Shown here: positions 1 to 9,174 of the stretch, one piece after another
How positions within the stretch are numbered: the stretch's first letter is position 1
How the letters are laid out: the number at the start of each line of letters is the position of its first letter
Source: an uncultured Methanosarcinaceae archaeon
GTDB taxonomy: Archaea > Halobacteriota > Methanosarcinia > Methanosarcinales > Methanosarcinaceae
Direction of reading: 5' to 3'
Length of the DNA: 64,000 nucleotides
NCBI GenBank assembly: GCA_963721455.1
Contig: CAVRJG010000015.1
Location: forward strand, 32,001-96,000
The notes under the pieces: generated by a model
The model's database searches: none
Seen by the model: only the letters and a program-made list of their open reading frames with translations
Told to the model about the DNA's origin: nothing
Program-made: the position numbers and the translations under genes

Positions 1-1859
1 AAGGTACCTTCGATGAAGAGAATATCTCCTCCTACAGGTGTCCATGCAAGTCCCGTGACCACACCGGGCACATTCTCTTTTCTGGCTTCTTCCTGCCTGA
101 TCAGCTCTTTTCCGAGGACCTCTTTGAGCATATCCGCCTTCACCACATAAGGAAGGTCAGTCTTCCCTGACACGATCTTCTCGGATACGAACCTTGCAGT
201 TTTTGCGAGCTGTTTTTTAAGTCCTCTGACTCCTGCTTCGCGGGTGTATTTCTCGATGATTACCTTTAAGGCATCATCTTCAATTTTGAGTTTATCCTCG
301 TCAAGGCCATGTTCTTCCAGTGTATAGGGCAGCAGATGGTCTCTGGCAATTGCGAACTTCTCATTCTTCGTATAGCCCGAGATCTCAATCATTTCCATTC
401 TGTCAAGAAGCGGCCAGGAGATATTTGTCAGGGAGTTGGCAGTGGCTATGAACAATACATCAGACAGGTCATACGGGACTTCCAGATAGTGGTCTGAGAA
501 TGTGCTGTTCTGTTCCGGGTCAAGGACTTCCAGAAGGGCACTTGCCGGATCTCCTGCGTAGGAAGATGAAAGCTTATCGACCTCGTCGAGGATAAACACC
601 GGATTTTTCGTGCCTGCTTTTTTCATTCCCTGAATAATTCTTCCGGGCAGAGCACCTACGTATGTCCGCCGGTGTCCCCGAATCTCTGCTTCGTCTTTGA
701 CACCCCCAAAGCTGACCCGGACATATTTCCTGCCAAGAGCATCTGCAATACTTTTTCCGAGGCTCGTTTTGCCGGTGCCGGGGGGCCCTGTTAAGAGCAG
801 AATTGAGCCCTGCTTCTCCTGTTTCAATTTCATTACCGCCAGATGCTGGATTATTCTCTCCTTAACTTTTTCGAGTCCATTGTGATTGCTCTCAAGCACA
901 CGGCGGGCTTCAGCAATATCGATGCTCTTTTTCTCTTCTGTTACCCAGGGAAGGTCGAGCAGGAGGTCCAGATAATTTCTGATAACGTGGCCCTCTGGAT
1001 TATGGTTGCCTCCGGTTTCGAGTTTTTTTAACTCTGACAGTGCCTTCTTTTTTACCTCATCAGGCATCTTCGAATTTTCAATTTTCTCCCTGTATCCGGC
1101 ATCGCCTGAAGCGGAATCCTCACCTTCATTAAGTTCTTCCTGAATTACCTTCAGTTGCTCGCGCAGCATTGCCTCTCTATGCGACTTGCTCATCTTATCG
1201 GTAACTTTCTTTGCCATCTCAATCTGGATATTGATATTATCTTTCTGCTTTGTCAGAATATGAAGAAACATAAGATACCGTTCACGAACAGAAACGATCT
1301 CCAGAAGGTTTTGCTTTTCTGCAAGTTTTACAGGTATGTACGGCATGACAAATCCCATTATCTGGTCAATGGAATCCATCTTATCAATTGGCCGGGTAAA
1401 CTGCTCAGAACCCTGAAACCGGCTGCTTATCTCATGAATTGTCTTTTTCATATTCGCCATTACTTCTGCCTGAGTATCGTCATCGAAATCCGGCAGATCA
1501 TAGACAGGCTTATATGCAGCATAGAACAGTTCGTCCTTCCGGTACAGAGAAACGGCCTCTACCCTTTCGATAGCCTTTGCAATGACAAGATATCCATCAT
1601 CAGCAGGCTGTATAAATGTCACCTTAAGCAGATTTCCTATTTTATACAAATCATCTTCTGATACTTCTGAGGGTTTTGTACCGCTCTTTACTGTCAGGCC
1701 GATAGCATTCACGAATTCGCCATTTTTCATCTCAGTTAATAGTATTTCTCCGGTGATTTTATCAGCCAGGAATTTTGTCCGGCTTTTCGGGTAAACCACG
1801 ATGTCAAAGAGTGGTATTACGATGCTCTCTTTATTCTCCTCAGTTTGTTTTGAATACAT
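1..1859 (-). CDS. lon: ATP-dependent protease La (bacterial-type LonA), 3' end runs off the window
   Basis: Not in the ORF track. Manual translation from ATG at 1859 (MYSKQTEENKESIVIPLFDIVVYP) is in frame with Walker A GPPGTGKTS (~788); SFGGVKDEAEIRGHRRTYVGALPG and GVVTGLAWTPVGG motifs also present. Confidence 0.93.
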   Translation of the reverse strand, partial: MYSKQTEENKESIVIPLFDIVVYPKSRTKFLADKITGEILLTEMKNGEFVNAIGLTVKSGTKPSEVSEDDLYKIGNLLKVTFIQPADDGYLVIAKAIERVEAVSLYRKDELFYAAYKPVYDLPDFDDDTQAEVMANMKKTIHEISSRFQGSEQFTRPIDKMDSIDQIMGFVMPYIPVKLAEKQNLLEIVSVRERYLMFLHILTKQKDNINIQIEMAKKVTDKMSKSHREAMLREQLKVIQEELNEGEDSASGDAGYREKIENSKMPDEVKKKALSELKKLETGGNHNPEGHVIRNYLDLLLDLPWVTEEKKSIDIAEARRVLESNHNGLEKVKERIIQHLAVMKLKQEKQGSILLLTGPPGTGKTSLGKSIADALGRKYVRVSFGGVKDEAEIRGHRRTYVGALPGRIIQGMKKAGTKNPVFILDEVDKLSSSYAGDPASALLEVLDPEQNSTFSDHYLEVPYDLSDVLFIATANSLTNISWPLLDRMEMIEISGYTKNEKFAIARDHLLPYTLEEHGLDEDKLKIEDDALKVIIEKYTREAGVRGLKKQLAKTARFVSEKIVSGKTDLPYVVKADMLKEVLGKELIRQEEARKENVPGVVTGLAWTPVGGDILFIEGT

Positions 1860-1891
1860 TGTCAATCGTCTCAATTATTATCGCAAATGTT

Positions 1892-1912
1892 TAGTTTAAA
1901 TTAACCTAACTA
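1892..1912. promoter_or_regulatory. Candidate MarR operator upstream of lon
   Basis: TAGTTTAA-N5-CCTAACTA, similar to the palindrome at 2368-2388. Confidence 0.5.
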
Positions 1913-1930
1913 TCTCGGCGGACAAAAAAA

Positions 1931-2347
1931 TTATCTTATCTTTCCCAGTATTTTGATAAGTGTATCAATCTCTTTTTCGTCCAGTGAATTCGCCATTCTT
2001 TCAATAACTTTCATCAAAGCGTTCTCTTCGGCACGGGCTATCATCTGCCCTTTCTCTGTCAGACGAATGTAAAAAATTCTGCCATCTGCCGGGGACTTTT
2101 CTCTGTAAACACATTCCATTTTAGCAAATTTGTTGACCATCTCAGTGATCGTAGGTTTTGAATTTCTGGTGATTTTAGCAAGCCTGCTAAATGTTACTTC
2201 CCCATGTTCATCAATGGCTTTTAAGTATCCGATCTGCTTCAGGGTAATATCCGATAATCCGCATTCAGAGGAAATCTGACAGGAGCATTCGCTTTTGATT
2301 TTGATCAGCTTTTCAAAAACTATGAACAAATGCTCTTTTTTCTCCAT
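1931..2347 (-). CDS. MarR-family transcriptional regulator
   Basis: 138 aa wHTH; SKPTITEMV...DGRIFYIRLTEKG wing motif. Confidence 0.9.
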   Translation of the reverse strand: MEKKEHLFIVFEKLIKIKSECSCQISSECGLSDITLKQIGYLKAIDEHGEVTFSRLAKITRNSKPTITEMVNKFAKMECVYREKSPADGRIFYIRLTEKGQMIARAEENALMKVIERMANSLDEKEIDTLIKILGKIR

Positions 2348-2367
2348 CGTATCCTTATCCTGCCTGT

Positions 2368-2388
2368 TAGTTAGGCTTATCCTAATTA
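2368..2388. promoter_or_regulatory. Candidate MarR autoregulatory operator
   Basis: Imperfect palindrome TAGTTAGG-N5-CCTAATTA next to a TATA-like TTATATAA, just upstream of the MarR gene. Confidence 0.55.
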
Positions 2389-2454
2389 TATAAGTTTCGG
2401 TTACTTCAGGTTTATTGACGTTTCACTCTCTCGTTTAAATAAAATTTGGGAAGA

Positions 2455-3039
2455 TCAATTTAAGCTAAAACTCAACTCTTTCCCATCACTCAATAAGCTC
2501 TTAATTACGGCATTTCCATATTTGTCAACAACAACTTTTACGTTGACTCCTTCTCTCCCGGTCCACTGTTGACTTTCTATCTCTATCCCCCTGCCTTCGG
2601 GGACAAAATAGCTCTCAATACCGTACTCAACTCTGAGTTCTTTAATGTGAGGTTCTTCTGTTATAATACCGGCTTCGTCTTCTTCCCAGTCGTGTATAAC
2701 ATCTTTTACCATGCCCTTGATGTAAAGCTCATCCTCCGGCGGAGTCCTGTATATTTTTTTAGGTACACCGTACCCGTCTTTCAGTTCCAGTGCCAGGTAT
2801 ATCCGGTCGTTATACTCAAAATAAGAATCCTCAGCCGGAATTTCTTCCAGATTCAGGGTACTTATCTCGTAATTAAGGGTCACGTAATCTCCCCTGAAAA
2901 GATCCCTTGGGTCTATGGGCACGGTTTTGAGCATGACCTCCGTACCGGTCCTGAGGGTATACTCCTTATATAAGATGAAACCCGAAAAGATCAGGAGCCA
3001 GAAGACAATAGTGAGATAAAGGATTTTCTTTTGATTCAT
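2455..3039 (-). CDS. GDYXXLXY domain membrane-anchored protein
   Basis: N-terminal TM helix; PIDPRDLFRGDYVTLNY motif; GIESYFVPEG. Confidence 0.88.
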   Translation of the reverse strand: MNQKKILYLTIVFWLLIFSGFILYKEYTLRTGTEVMLKTVPIDPRDLFRGDYVTLNYEISTLNLEEIPAEDSYFEYNDRIYLALELKDGYGVPKKIYRTPPEDELYIKGMVKDVIHDWEEDEAGIITEEPHIKELRVEYGIESYFVPEGRGIEIESQQWTGREGVNVKVVVDKYGNAVIKSLLSDGKELSFSLN

Positions 3040-3106
3040 CCCCGAATTCCCCCTGCTCCTGAAAGAGCCGCATCTTCATAGCCCTGCAGTCTCAAATAGC
3101 TACTTT

Positions 3107-4258
3107 TCATTGTTCTCCCCCGGTAAACTGAGCCTTTAATTCCCTTCTTTTTCTTTCCAGTACCACGCTTATTATCAGCAGGACAAGCCCTCCCAGCATG
3201 AAAAAGAGCGACCTTGGAAGCAGTTCCCAGAAAAAGTCAAAATATCTCGCAAAAATCAGGAGAATAAACCAGAACATTGTGGTATTGACAATCCCTATAT
3301 CTTCGGTGCTGTACCCGGCATACAGGAGCATGGTCAAAAGTCCGAGGAAGACGATGTTGAAAATAATCATGTAAGTTTTTTCCGACGCTGGACTGTATAT
3401 TGTTGTGAGAGTGATTCCTGCCATCAACAACGCAATTATGGATATGCTCACGTCTGCATGAAAGCCTTTAAGCCTTTCCCGGAGCGGTTTTGGGAGCAGG
3501 ACTGCCAGGAAAAGGATTCCAAAGAATGCATAAACTACAGGAACTATTTTTTCAACTTTGTATTCCCCAAGTTCGAAGGTGTGTATAAATAGTGCAAGGA
3601 GTGCAGCCTGTAGCCCCATAAATTTAAACGTCGTCTCAGCATGTTTTACTTTTTCTACCAGCCCATGCAAAGCCCCGGTGAAATAGAGGGCAATGCCTGA
3701 TATGAGGTAGAGGTCCCAGGTGTTAATCAATTTATTGAGATCGGTCCTCTCCCCGTACAGAAGGCCAATCCAGAGGTAAAAAAGCAGAGAGCAAAGCCCG
3801 GCTATTGGAGCCGACCGATAGCCGTAGACCAGAGGAAAAACTCCCAGGGTCCATATCAGGACAAGGGTACTGTTATTGGCGTTGATGTTGTAGATCTGGG
3901 CAATTAAAAAGAGGCTGGCTCCAAAAAGCAGGGCTGATAGGAAAATCAGGGCAGAACCTACCCGGGGGTATTTCTGTTTCTCGTATTTTAAACGATAACC
4001 CGCATAATGTATGCCCACAGTAGTTCCTACAAGCAGCAGAACCTTGACAGTATCTCCAATTTTTTCCCAGTTGGACGCCACAAAGAGAATGGCACCAATC
4101 CCGATTAAAATCGCCCCGATTGTCGAAAAGGCAATGATCTGCTTTTTTGACCTGCGTTCCCTTTTATACTCTGCAAGATCTGCCCGCATTTTTTCTGCCT
4201 GGGCATGATCAATCGTGCCTTCATCCAGCCATTTCCGGATCAGGTCTTCATCAAGCAT
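3107..4258 (-). CDS. DUF2157-type multi-pass membrane protein
   Basis: IGAILIGIGAILFVASNW motif, many TM helices, usual partner of GDYXXLXY genes. Confidence 0.85.
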   Translation of the reverse strand: MLDEDLIRKWLDEGTIDHAQAEKMRADLAEYKRERRSKKQIIAFSTIGAILIGIGAILFVASNWEKIGDTVKVLLLVGTTVGIHYAGYRLKYEKQKYPRVGSALIFLSALLFGASLFLIAQIYNINANNSTLVLIWTLGVFPLVYGYRSAPIAGLCSLLFYLWIGLLYGERTDLNKLINTWDLYLISGIALYFTGALHGLVEKVKHAETTFKFMGLQAALLALFIHTFELGEYKVEKIVPVVYAFFGILFLAVLLPKPLRERLKGFHADVSISIIALLMAGITLTTIYSPASEKTYMIIFNIVFLGLLTMLLYAGYSTEDIGIVNTTMFWFILLIFARYFDFFWELLPRSLFFMLGGLVLLIISVVLERKRRELKAQFTGGEQ

Positions 4259-4356
4259 ATATAATTCTATAGGTATATCTTATATAAATTTTTTAGGCAT
4301 ATTAATTCCAGATGTTTTGCCCTTATTTGGAAACTTGTCGAATTGTTGTTCGTATT

Positions 4357-4446
4357 TAGTTTCATGCGTAACTATTATCTGTATTCAAATCTTACAGAGA
4401 GTCATCAGATTAGTTCCACATGTCAGATTAGTTCCACATGTGACTA
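4357..4446. promoter_or_regulatory. Candidate MarR operators with an 18-bp tandem duplication
   Basis: TAGTT-N8-AACTA at 4357-4374 and TAGTT-N8-GACTA at 4429-4446; TCAGATTAGTTCCACATG x2 at 4405-4440. Confidence 0.5.
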
Positions 4447-4491
4447 TTTCATAAATAGTTTTTATTCCAAAACAACCTCAGCTTCATAAAA

Positions 4492-4974
4492 ATGGAAGAT
4501 AATATTATGGAAGACCCAAGGGAAATCTGCGGCCCGATCGCCCACATCTACAGGAGCCATCTAGCATATATGGCAAAGGAACTTGAAGCTTACCGGATTG
4601 GAAGCGGACAATTTGATTTTTTAATGGTTTTGTACCACAGAGACGGCATCTCTCAGGAAACCCTTGCAAAGACTCTGAAAGTAAGCAAAGCAACAAGCAC
4701 AAGGGCGATCCAGAGTCTGGAAAAAGAGGGATACGTGTACAGGCAAAGGGACAAAAATGACCTCCGGGCTTACAGGGTTTACCTGACTGAAAAAGGAACG
4801 GAAATCCGAGCTGTGGTTCTTGAAAAGTTGATTTCCTTTGTCGATGCTCTCCTTTCGGATTTCACCCCAGAAGAAAAAGAATATTTCAGGCAGCTGGTCC
4901 AGAAGGCTGCATTCAAACTCCTTGAACCCGGGTTTGAACCTCCTTGTTCTGACAGGCCGGATGACATGAAGTAA
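4492..4974 (+). CDS. MarR-family regulator (start may be 4507)
   Basis: SQETLAKTLKVSKATSTRAIQSLEKEGYV...DLRAYRVYLTEKG. Confidence 0.92.
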   Translation: MEDNIMEDPREICGPIAHIYRSHLAYMAKELEAYRIGSGQFDFLMVLYHRDGISQETLAKTLKVSKATSTRAIQSLEKEGYVYRQRDKNDLRAYRVYLTEKGTEIRAVVLEKLISFVDALLSDFTPEEKEYFRQLVQKAAFKLLEPGFEPPCSDRPDDMK

Positions 4975-4995
4975 AAATGAGAACGAGCACAAAAT

Positions 4996-6402
4996 ATGGA
5001 TGAAAAAAGTGAATTTCTGGGTACAGAGAATCTAAGGAAGCTCCTGTTTAAACTTTCAACTCCTGTGATCATCGGAATGTTGGTGCAGGCTCTCTATAAT
5101 GTTGTGGATACCCTTTTTGTAGGATGGGCCTATGGAGCGGAGAGTGTCCAGGCCATAGGTGGGCTTTCCATAGCCTTTCCAGTCCAGATGATAATTATGG
5201 CTTTTGGAATTGTTCTTGGGACAGGGGGCTCCTCCATTATCTCGCGTGCCCTTGGAGCACGAGAAAACGAAAGAGCTGAGAGGGTTCTTGGAAATGTATT
5301 TTCCTTGAGCCTGATCCTCAGCGTGCTTATTGCCATCCCCTGCCTTCTTTACCTTGACCCAATTCTTAAAGCGTTCGGTGCAACTCCTGGAGTCCTGCCA
5401 TATGCCAGGGAGTATCTTGAAGTTATAATTGCAGGAGGTATTGTCTTTGTTTTTGGAGTCTCGGTTCAGAATATCGTCAGGGCCGAAGGGAATGCCCGTC
5501 TTGCCATGAATACCATGCTGTTAGGAGGCGGCCTTAATATTCTCCTTGACCCGGTTCTTATCTTCGGTTTTGGGATGGGCGTGAAGGGGGCTGCAATTGC
5601 AACCGTGCTGTCTCAGGCAGTGGGTTCGGCCTGGCTTCTCCAATACTACCTTAAAGGAAAAGGATCTGTGCAATTTAAATCCAAAACGTTGAAACCAGCC
5701 CCTGAAATTATTAAGGAAATCGGGACCATAGGTCTCGGGTCTTTTGTGATGGAATGCTCGAGCAGTGTCATGATGATTTTCGTGTACAATGCACTTGCAA
5801 GCTATGGAGGAGATGTTGCAATTGCCGTTTTTGGTATAGTAATAAAAATTAATTCCTTCATCTTCCTCCCTCTCCTGGGTATGGCTTTTGGCCTACAGCC
5901 GATTGTCGGGTTTAACTACGGAGCAAAGCGATTTGGAAGGATAGTCGAAGCCGTAAAATTGTCTCTTGTAGCAACGACGACCTTTGGGCTTCTTGGCTTG
6001 CTTATCATTTCCCTCTTCAAAGAAAAACTTCTCGGATTTTTCAGTGCAGATCCAGAATATCTGGCAGTAGGGAAAAATGCTGTAATGATTATGGTTATAG
6101 GAACGCCTTTGATAGGTTTAAACGTGGTCACATCAACCCTATTTCAGGCCCTGGGGAAAGCCAGACCCGCTTTCCTTCTTTCCATCAGCCGGCAGCTCCT
6201 CTTCCTGATCCCTCTTGTTATCCTCCTTCCCCGTTTATACGGTCTATCTGGAGTTTGGGCGGCTTTCCCGATATCGGACTTTCTGGCGTTTATGCTTTCC
6301 GGATTGCTGCTTTTCAGGACATATGGGACTTTTAAAGAACGCACAGGTTCTTCAAAAATCGTTCCAGGGTCAGAAATGGCAGTTTCAAATAGGTTTGAGT
6401 GA
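4996..6402 (+). CDS. MATE-family efflux transporter (MepA-like)
   Basis: LYNVVDTLFVG, NILLDPVLIFGFGMGVKGAAIATV, about 12 TM helices. Confidence 0.93.
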   Translation: MDEKSEFLGTENLRKLLFKLSTPVIIGMLVQALYNVVDTLFVGWAYGAESVQAIGGLSIAFPVQMIIMAFGIVLGTGGSSIISRALGARENERAERVLGNVFSLSLILSVLIAIPCLLYLDPILKAFGATPGVLPYAREYLEVIIAGGIVFVFGVSVQNIVRAEGNARLAMNTMLLGGGLNILLDPVLIFGFGMGVKGAAIATVLSQAVGSAWLLQYYLKGKGSVQFKSKTLKPAPEIIKEIGTIGLGSFVMECSSSVMMIFVYNALASYGGDVAIAVFGIVIKINSFIFLPLLGMAFGLQPIVGFNYGAKRFGRIVEAVKLSLVATTTFGLLGLLIISLFKEKLLGFFSADPEYLAVGKNAVMIMVIGTPLIGLNVVTSTLFQALGKARPAFLLSISRQLLFLIPLVILLPRLYGLSGVWAAFPISDFLAFMLSGLLLFRTYGTFKERTGSSKIVPGSEMAVSNRFE

Positions 6403-6568
6403 GATTCGGAATACAGGAAAAAGAGAACAGAAGATCTACTTCTTCATCCCTTTTCTTCTTCTCTCTTAGATTTCAGGTTTACAGAATAATCTTCAGAATC
6501 ATTGTTTCAAAAGCGGTTTGAACTTAAATTGCATACTTTTTCTATCAAGCAAATTCAGGTGGTATGAA

Positions 6569-6730
6569 ATGAACTGCAGCGAACTAAAGGAAGGGCAGGT
6601 TCTTGTCTGCGAGGGGTGCGGATTCGAACTTAAGGTAGCAAACGAATGTGGAGATGACAAATGCTCTACTGATGTCTGCTGTACCGGCAACATAACGTGT
6701 TGCGGAGAACCGATGAAATTAAAAAAATAA
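6569..6730 (+). CDS. Small Cys-rich metal-binding protein (desulforedoxin-like), 53 aa
   Basis: ATG 6569 after AGGTGG; CxxC ... CC ... CCGEPM motif. Confidence 0.7.
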   Translation: MNCSELKEGQVLVCEGCGFELKVANECGDDKCSTDVCCTGNITCCGEPMKLKK

Positions 6731-6812
6731 GCCCGGTAAATTAACCGTATACATAAAAGAACAGGTCCGTGAAAGGGTGGAATAAAGATAAGCCCGGTAA
6801 AAGGTTTTTAAT

Positions 6813-7253
6813 TCAAAGCCTCTTTCTGGAGCCCTGGATCTCAAAAGCCTGTTTTTCTGCGGTCTTCTTTCCTTTTATTTTTTCAACAAAATTCCGGGTC
6901 AGCCGGATTGCTATATAAGAACTGAAGAACCAGACAGAAAGGGCGATTATGAGTGAAATGCCCCAGTTGTTAAGGTGCTCCATGCAAAAAATAGCAGTGA
7001 GCACACAAATAGTGCAGCCCAGCATTCCTGCGCTGGCACCGAGGGCAATGTCAGCAGCCTGCTCCGAGCTTCCAAAGTGTCCTGCCATTATCACGGCCGC
7101 TGCCATCACAGCCGGAAAAGCGGCAAAAATCCCTGCAAAGGATTTTGAGGGGATTAGCTGCAGCAGGATAAAACAGGCAGCAACAGCCATTCCCCCAAAG
7201 ATGAACCTGAGGCTGAGGTCCCGAAAATCAGCTTTAAAGGCGTCTATTTTCAT
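6813..7253 (-). CDS. DUF3147-like small membrane protein
   Basis: LRFIFGG...GIFAAFPAV; paralog of the neighbouring gene. Confidence 0.75.
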   Translation of the reverse strand: MKIDAFKADFRDLSLRFIFGGMAVAACFILLQLIPSKSFAGIFAAFPAVMAAAVIMAGHFGSSEQAADIALGASAGMLGCTICVLTAIFCMEHLNNWGISLIIALSVWFFSSYIAIRLTRNFVEKIKGKKTAEKQAFEIQGSRKRL

Positions 7254-7314
7254 TTTTAGCCTACCTTCCATTGATTTTAACCCTGAAGATTTTACCTGCT
7301 TTCACTGTTATTCC

Positions 7315-7677
7315 TTAGAACCCGAACCAGGTGAAATAGATTGTCGGCGCAATTATGATCCAGAGGAAAAGAGCATAAATCAGGCCTCTCTTCCACCCAT
7401 ATCTGAGAATCAGGTAGCTTGCTGCAAGGGCACAGAAGATATCAGCTACCATTCCCACAAGTGCACCTTTCGAAAGCTGTTCTGAGGCCAGAAGCAGTTC
7501 ATTGCCTTCATAATCCACACTCAGGCCCACAACTGCTGCCAGGTACACTGCAGGGAAAGCTGCAAAAATTCCTCCAAGCCTGCCTCCGAAACTCCTTGCA
7601 ACCAGTGTGGAAGCTACAACCGCGCTTCCTCCAAAAAGAAAGCGGAGGAGAACTGGAAATATATCAATACTGAGCAT
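7315..7677 (-). CDS. DUF3147-like small membrane protein
   Basis: LRFLFGG...GGIFAAFPAV; about 4 TM helices. Confidence 0.78.
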   Translation of the reverse strand: MLSIDIFPVLLRFLFGGSAVVASTLVARSFGGRLGGIFAAFPAVYLAAVVGLSVDYEGNELLLASEQLSKGALVGMVADIFCALAASYLILRYGWKRGLIYALFLWIIIAPTIYFTWFGF

Positions 7678-7857
7678 TATATATGATCCCGCATGCTGGA
7701 ATGCCTCTAGTATATAGTAATATAACCCTTTTGTATACCTTTTTGGAGGAATTTTTTCTCTTTATTCCGGATCCGGCTTATCTGCTGCCACTGGCATACA
7801 GGTTTATCCCCTTTCACTGGAATAACTTTTCAGGCTGCCAGAGTAGCTATTATTTTC

Positions 7858-8790
7858 TTATTCGTGCCCGTACTTTTCCCTGATCTCGGATTCTTTGAAA
7901 ACCCTGAGCCCCAGTTTCTCAAGGACTTCGGAAATCCTGTTTCGGTCTTCACTTTTCATGGATTTCCGGTCAAAATAAGCAAAGTCAGCATTTGATTTCT
8001 CAGCAGCCTGCCTGATCAGAGCTTCATCCATAAATTCAAGCTGGTACTTGGGAAAGTTGTGCCCGAAAGAAATACCAGTTTCAAGCAAAAGCCCTGTCTG
8101 GCGCATGGCATAATGCCCGCCTCCGAAACCCAGGGCGACAGGTACTTTTTCAAGGGATACTGCAAGGATAGCTTTTGCAGCAACCTCGCCTGCTTCCTCG
8201 TCCTTCCACTGCGTTTCAGTGCTTCCTATTTCGGCATAAAGGGACGGGACTGAAAGTTCTGTAGGGCCGTGGTGTGTCACTTCGAGGGTAACATTGTACT
8301 TCAGGTTTTTTTGTTCAACCAGACTCTTCATCTCCGTCAGTATGGACTTCATTGCAGCAGGAGAAGAAACTGCAAGTGATCTCGGGCAGCCTCCAAGCCT
8401 TGCCTCGTCCAAAGGGTTTCCTGTGCAGTGCACAGTGAGGGAATTGATTTCCTCCTTACTCCTGTGTTTGGATGCGAAAATTATAAGGGAAGCTGGCAGC
8501 CCTGCGGCTTCAAGTTTCTTATCCAGCCCATCCTGGAAGACATGTATCTCTTCAATTTCGACAAGCCTGAATTTCCCGTCCGCTGATTCCCGGGCTGCAG
8601 AAAATCCGGAATTCCCAGGAAGTTCAAGGAGTTTCCATTCCCTACGACTCAAAAGGTGGGTTTTAATGTTCTGGCTGGCAAGGTCTGGGGCAGAACATAT
8701 GACCGTTATTTTCGGATCACTTTTTTCGGGACTTTTTCCTTCCCTATTGTTTAAGTTTTCTGGATTGCTTTCATCGCTCATTTTGATCAA
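7858..8790 (-). CDS. dtdA: D-aminoacyl-tRNA deacylase (archaeal DTD2)
   Basis: SKHRS, LTVHCTGN, EVTHHGPT, EIGS and GFGGGHY motifs. Confidence 0.92.
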   Translation of the reverse strand: MIKMSDESNPENLNNREGKSPEKSDPKITVICSAPDLASQNIKTHLLSRREWKLLELPGNSGFSAARESADGKFRLVEIEEIHVFQDGLDKKLEAAGLPASLIIFASKHRSKEEINSLTVHCTGNPLDEARLGGCPRSLAVSSPAAMKSILTEMKSLVEQKNLKYNVTLEVTHHGPTELSVPSLYAEIGSTETQWKDEEAGEVAAKAILAVSLEKVPVALGFGGGHYAMRQTGLLLETGISFGHNFPKYQLEFMDEALIRQAAEKSNADFAYFDRKSMKSEDRNRISEVLEKLGLRVFKESEIREKYGHE

Positions 8791-9174
8791 TCCGGGGTTT
8801 TATCGCTTTTGCCCTATAGATTTCGTTAAAATAGATAAAGCCAACCCAGCAGGTTGTCTTCTGGTTTGCAAAATTACTTAAAAACTTAAGGATCTCTTTA
8901 AATAGTTAAATTCCCGAATCGGAATAAATAACTGCGGAATAAACTGGACAACTGGAAATAGATAACTGGACCGGAATTTTAGAAGCCTATTCCTTAAAAG
9001 CAGATTGTAGAGTACTTCTGAAAAGCTTCAGAGCATGAAGTTATTTCTGAAAAGTCTTAAAAAGACATAAGGAAAAATCATTTGTACAGGGTCCTCTCCC
9101 TGAGGGGACGGGAACCCTGCATTTTTTCCGGTGGAAAAAAGAAAAAAGGTTTTATTAAAGTGCTGAAATTGGTA

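Noticed and set aside
309-1794. Plus-strand ORFs at the window start
   Set aside because: Shadows of the minus-strand lon gene, which the track missed because it runs off the edge
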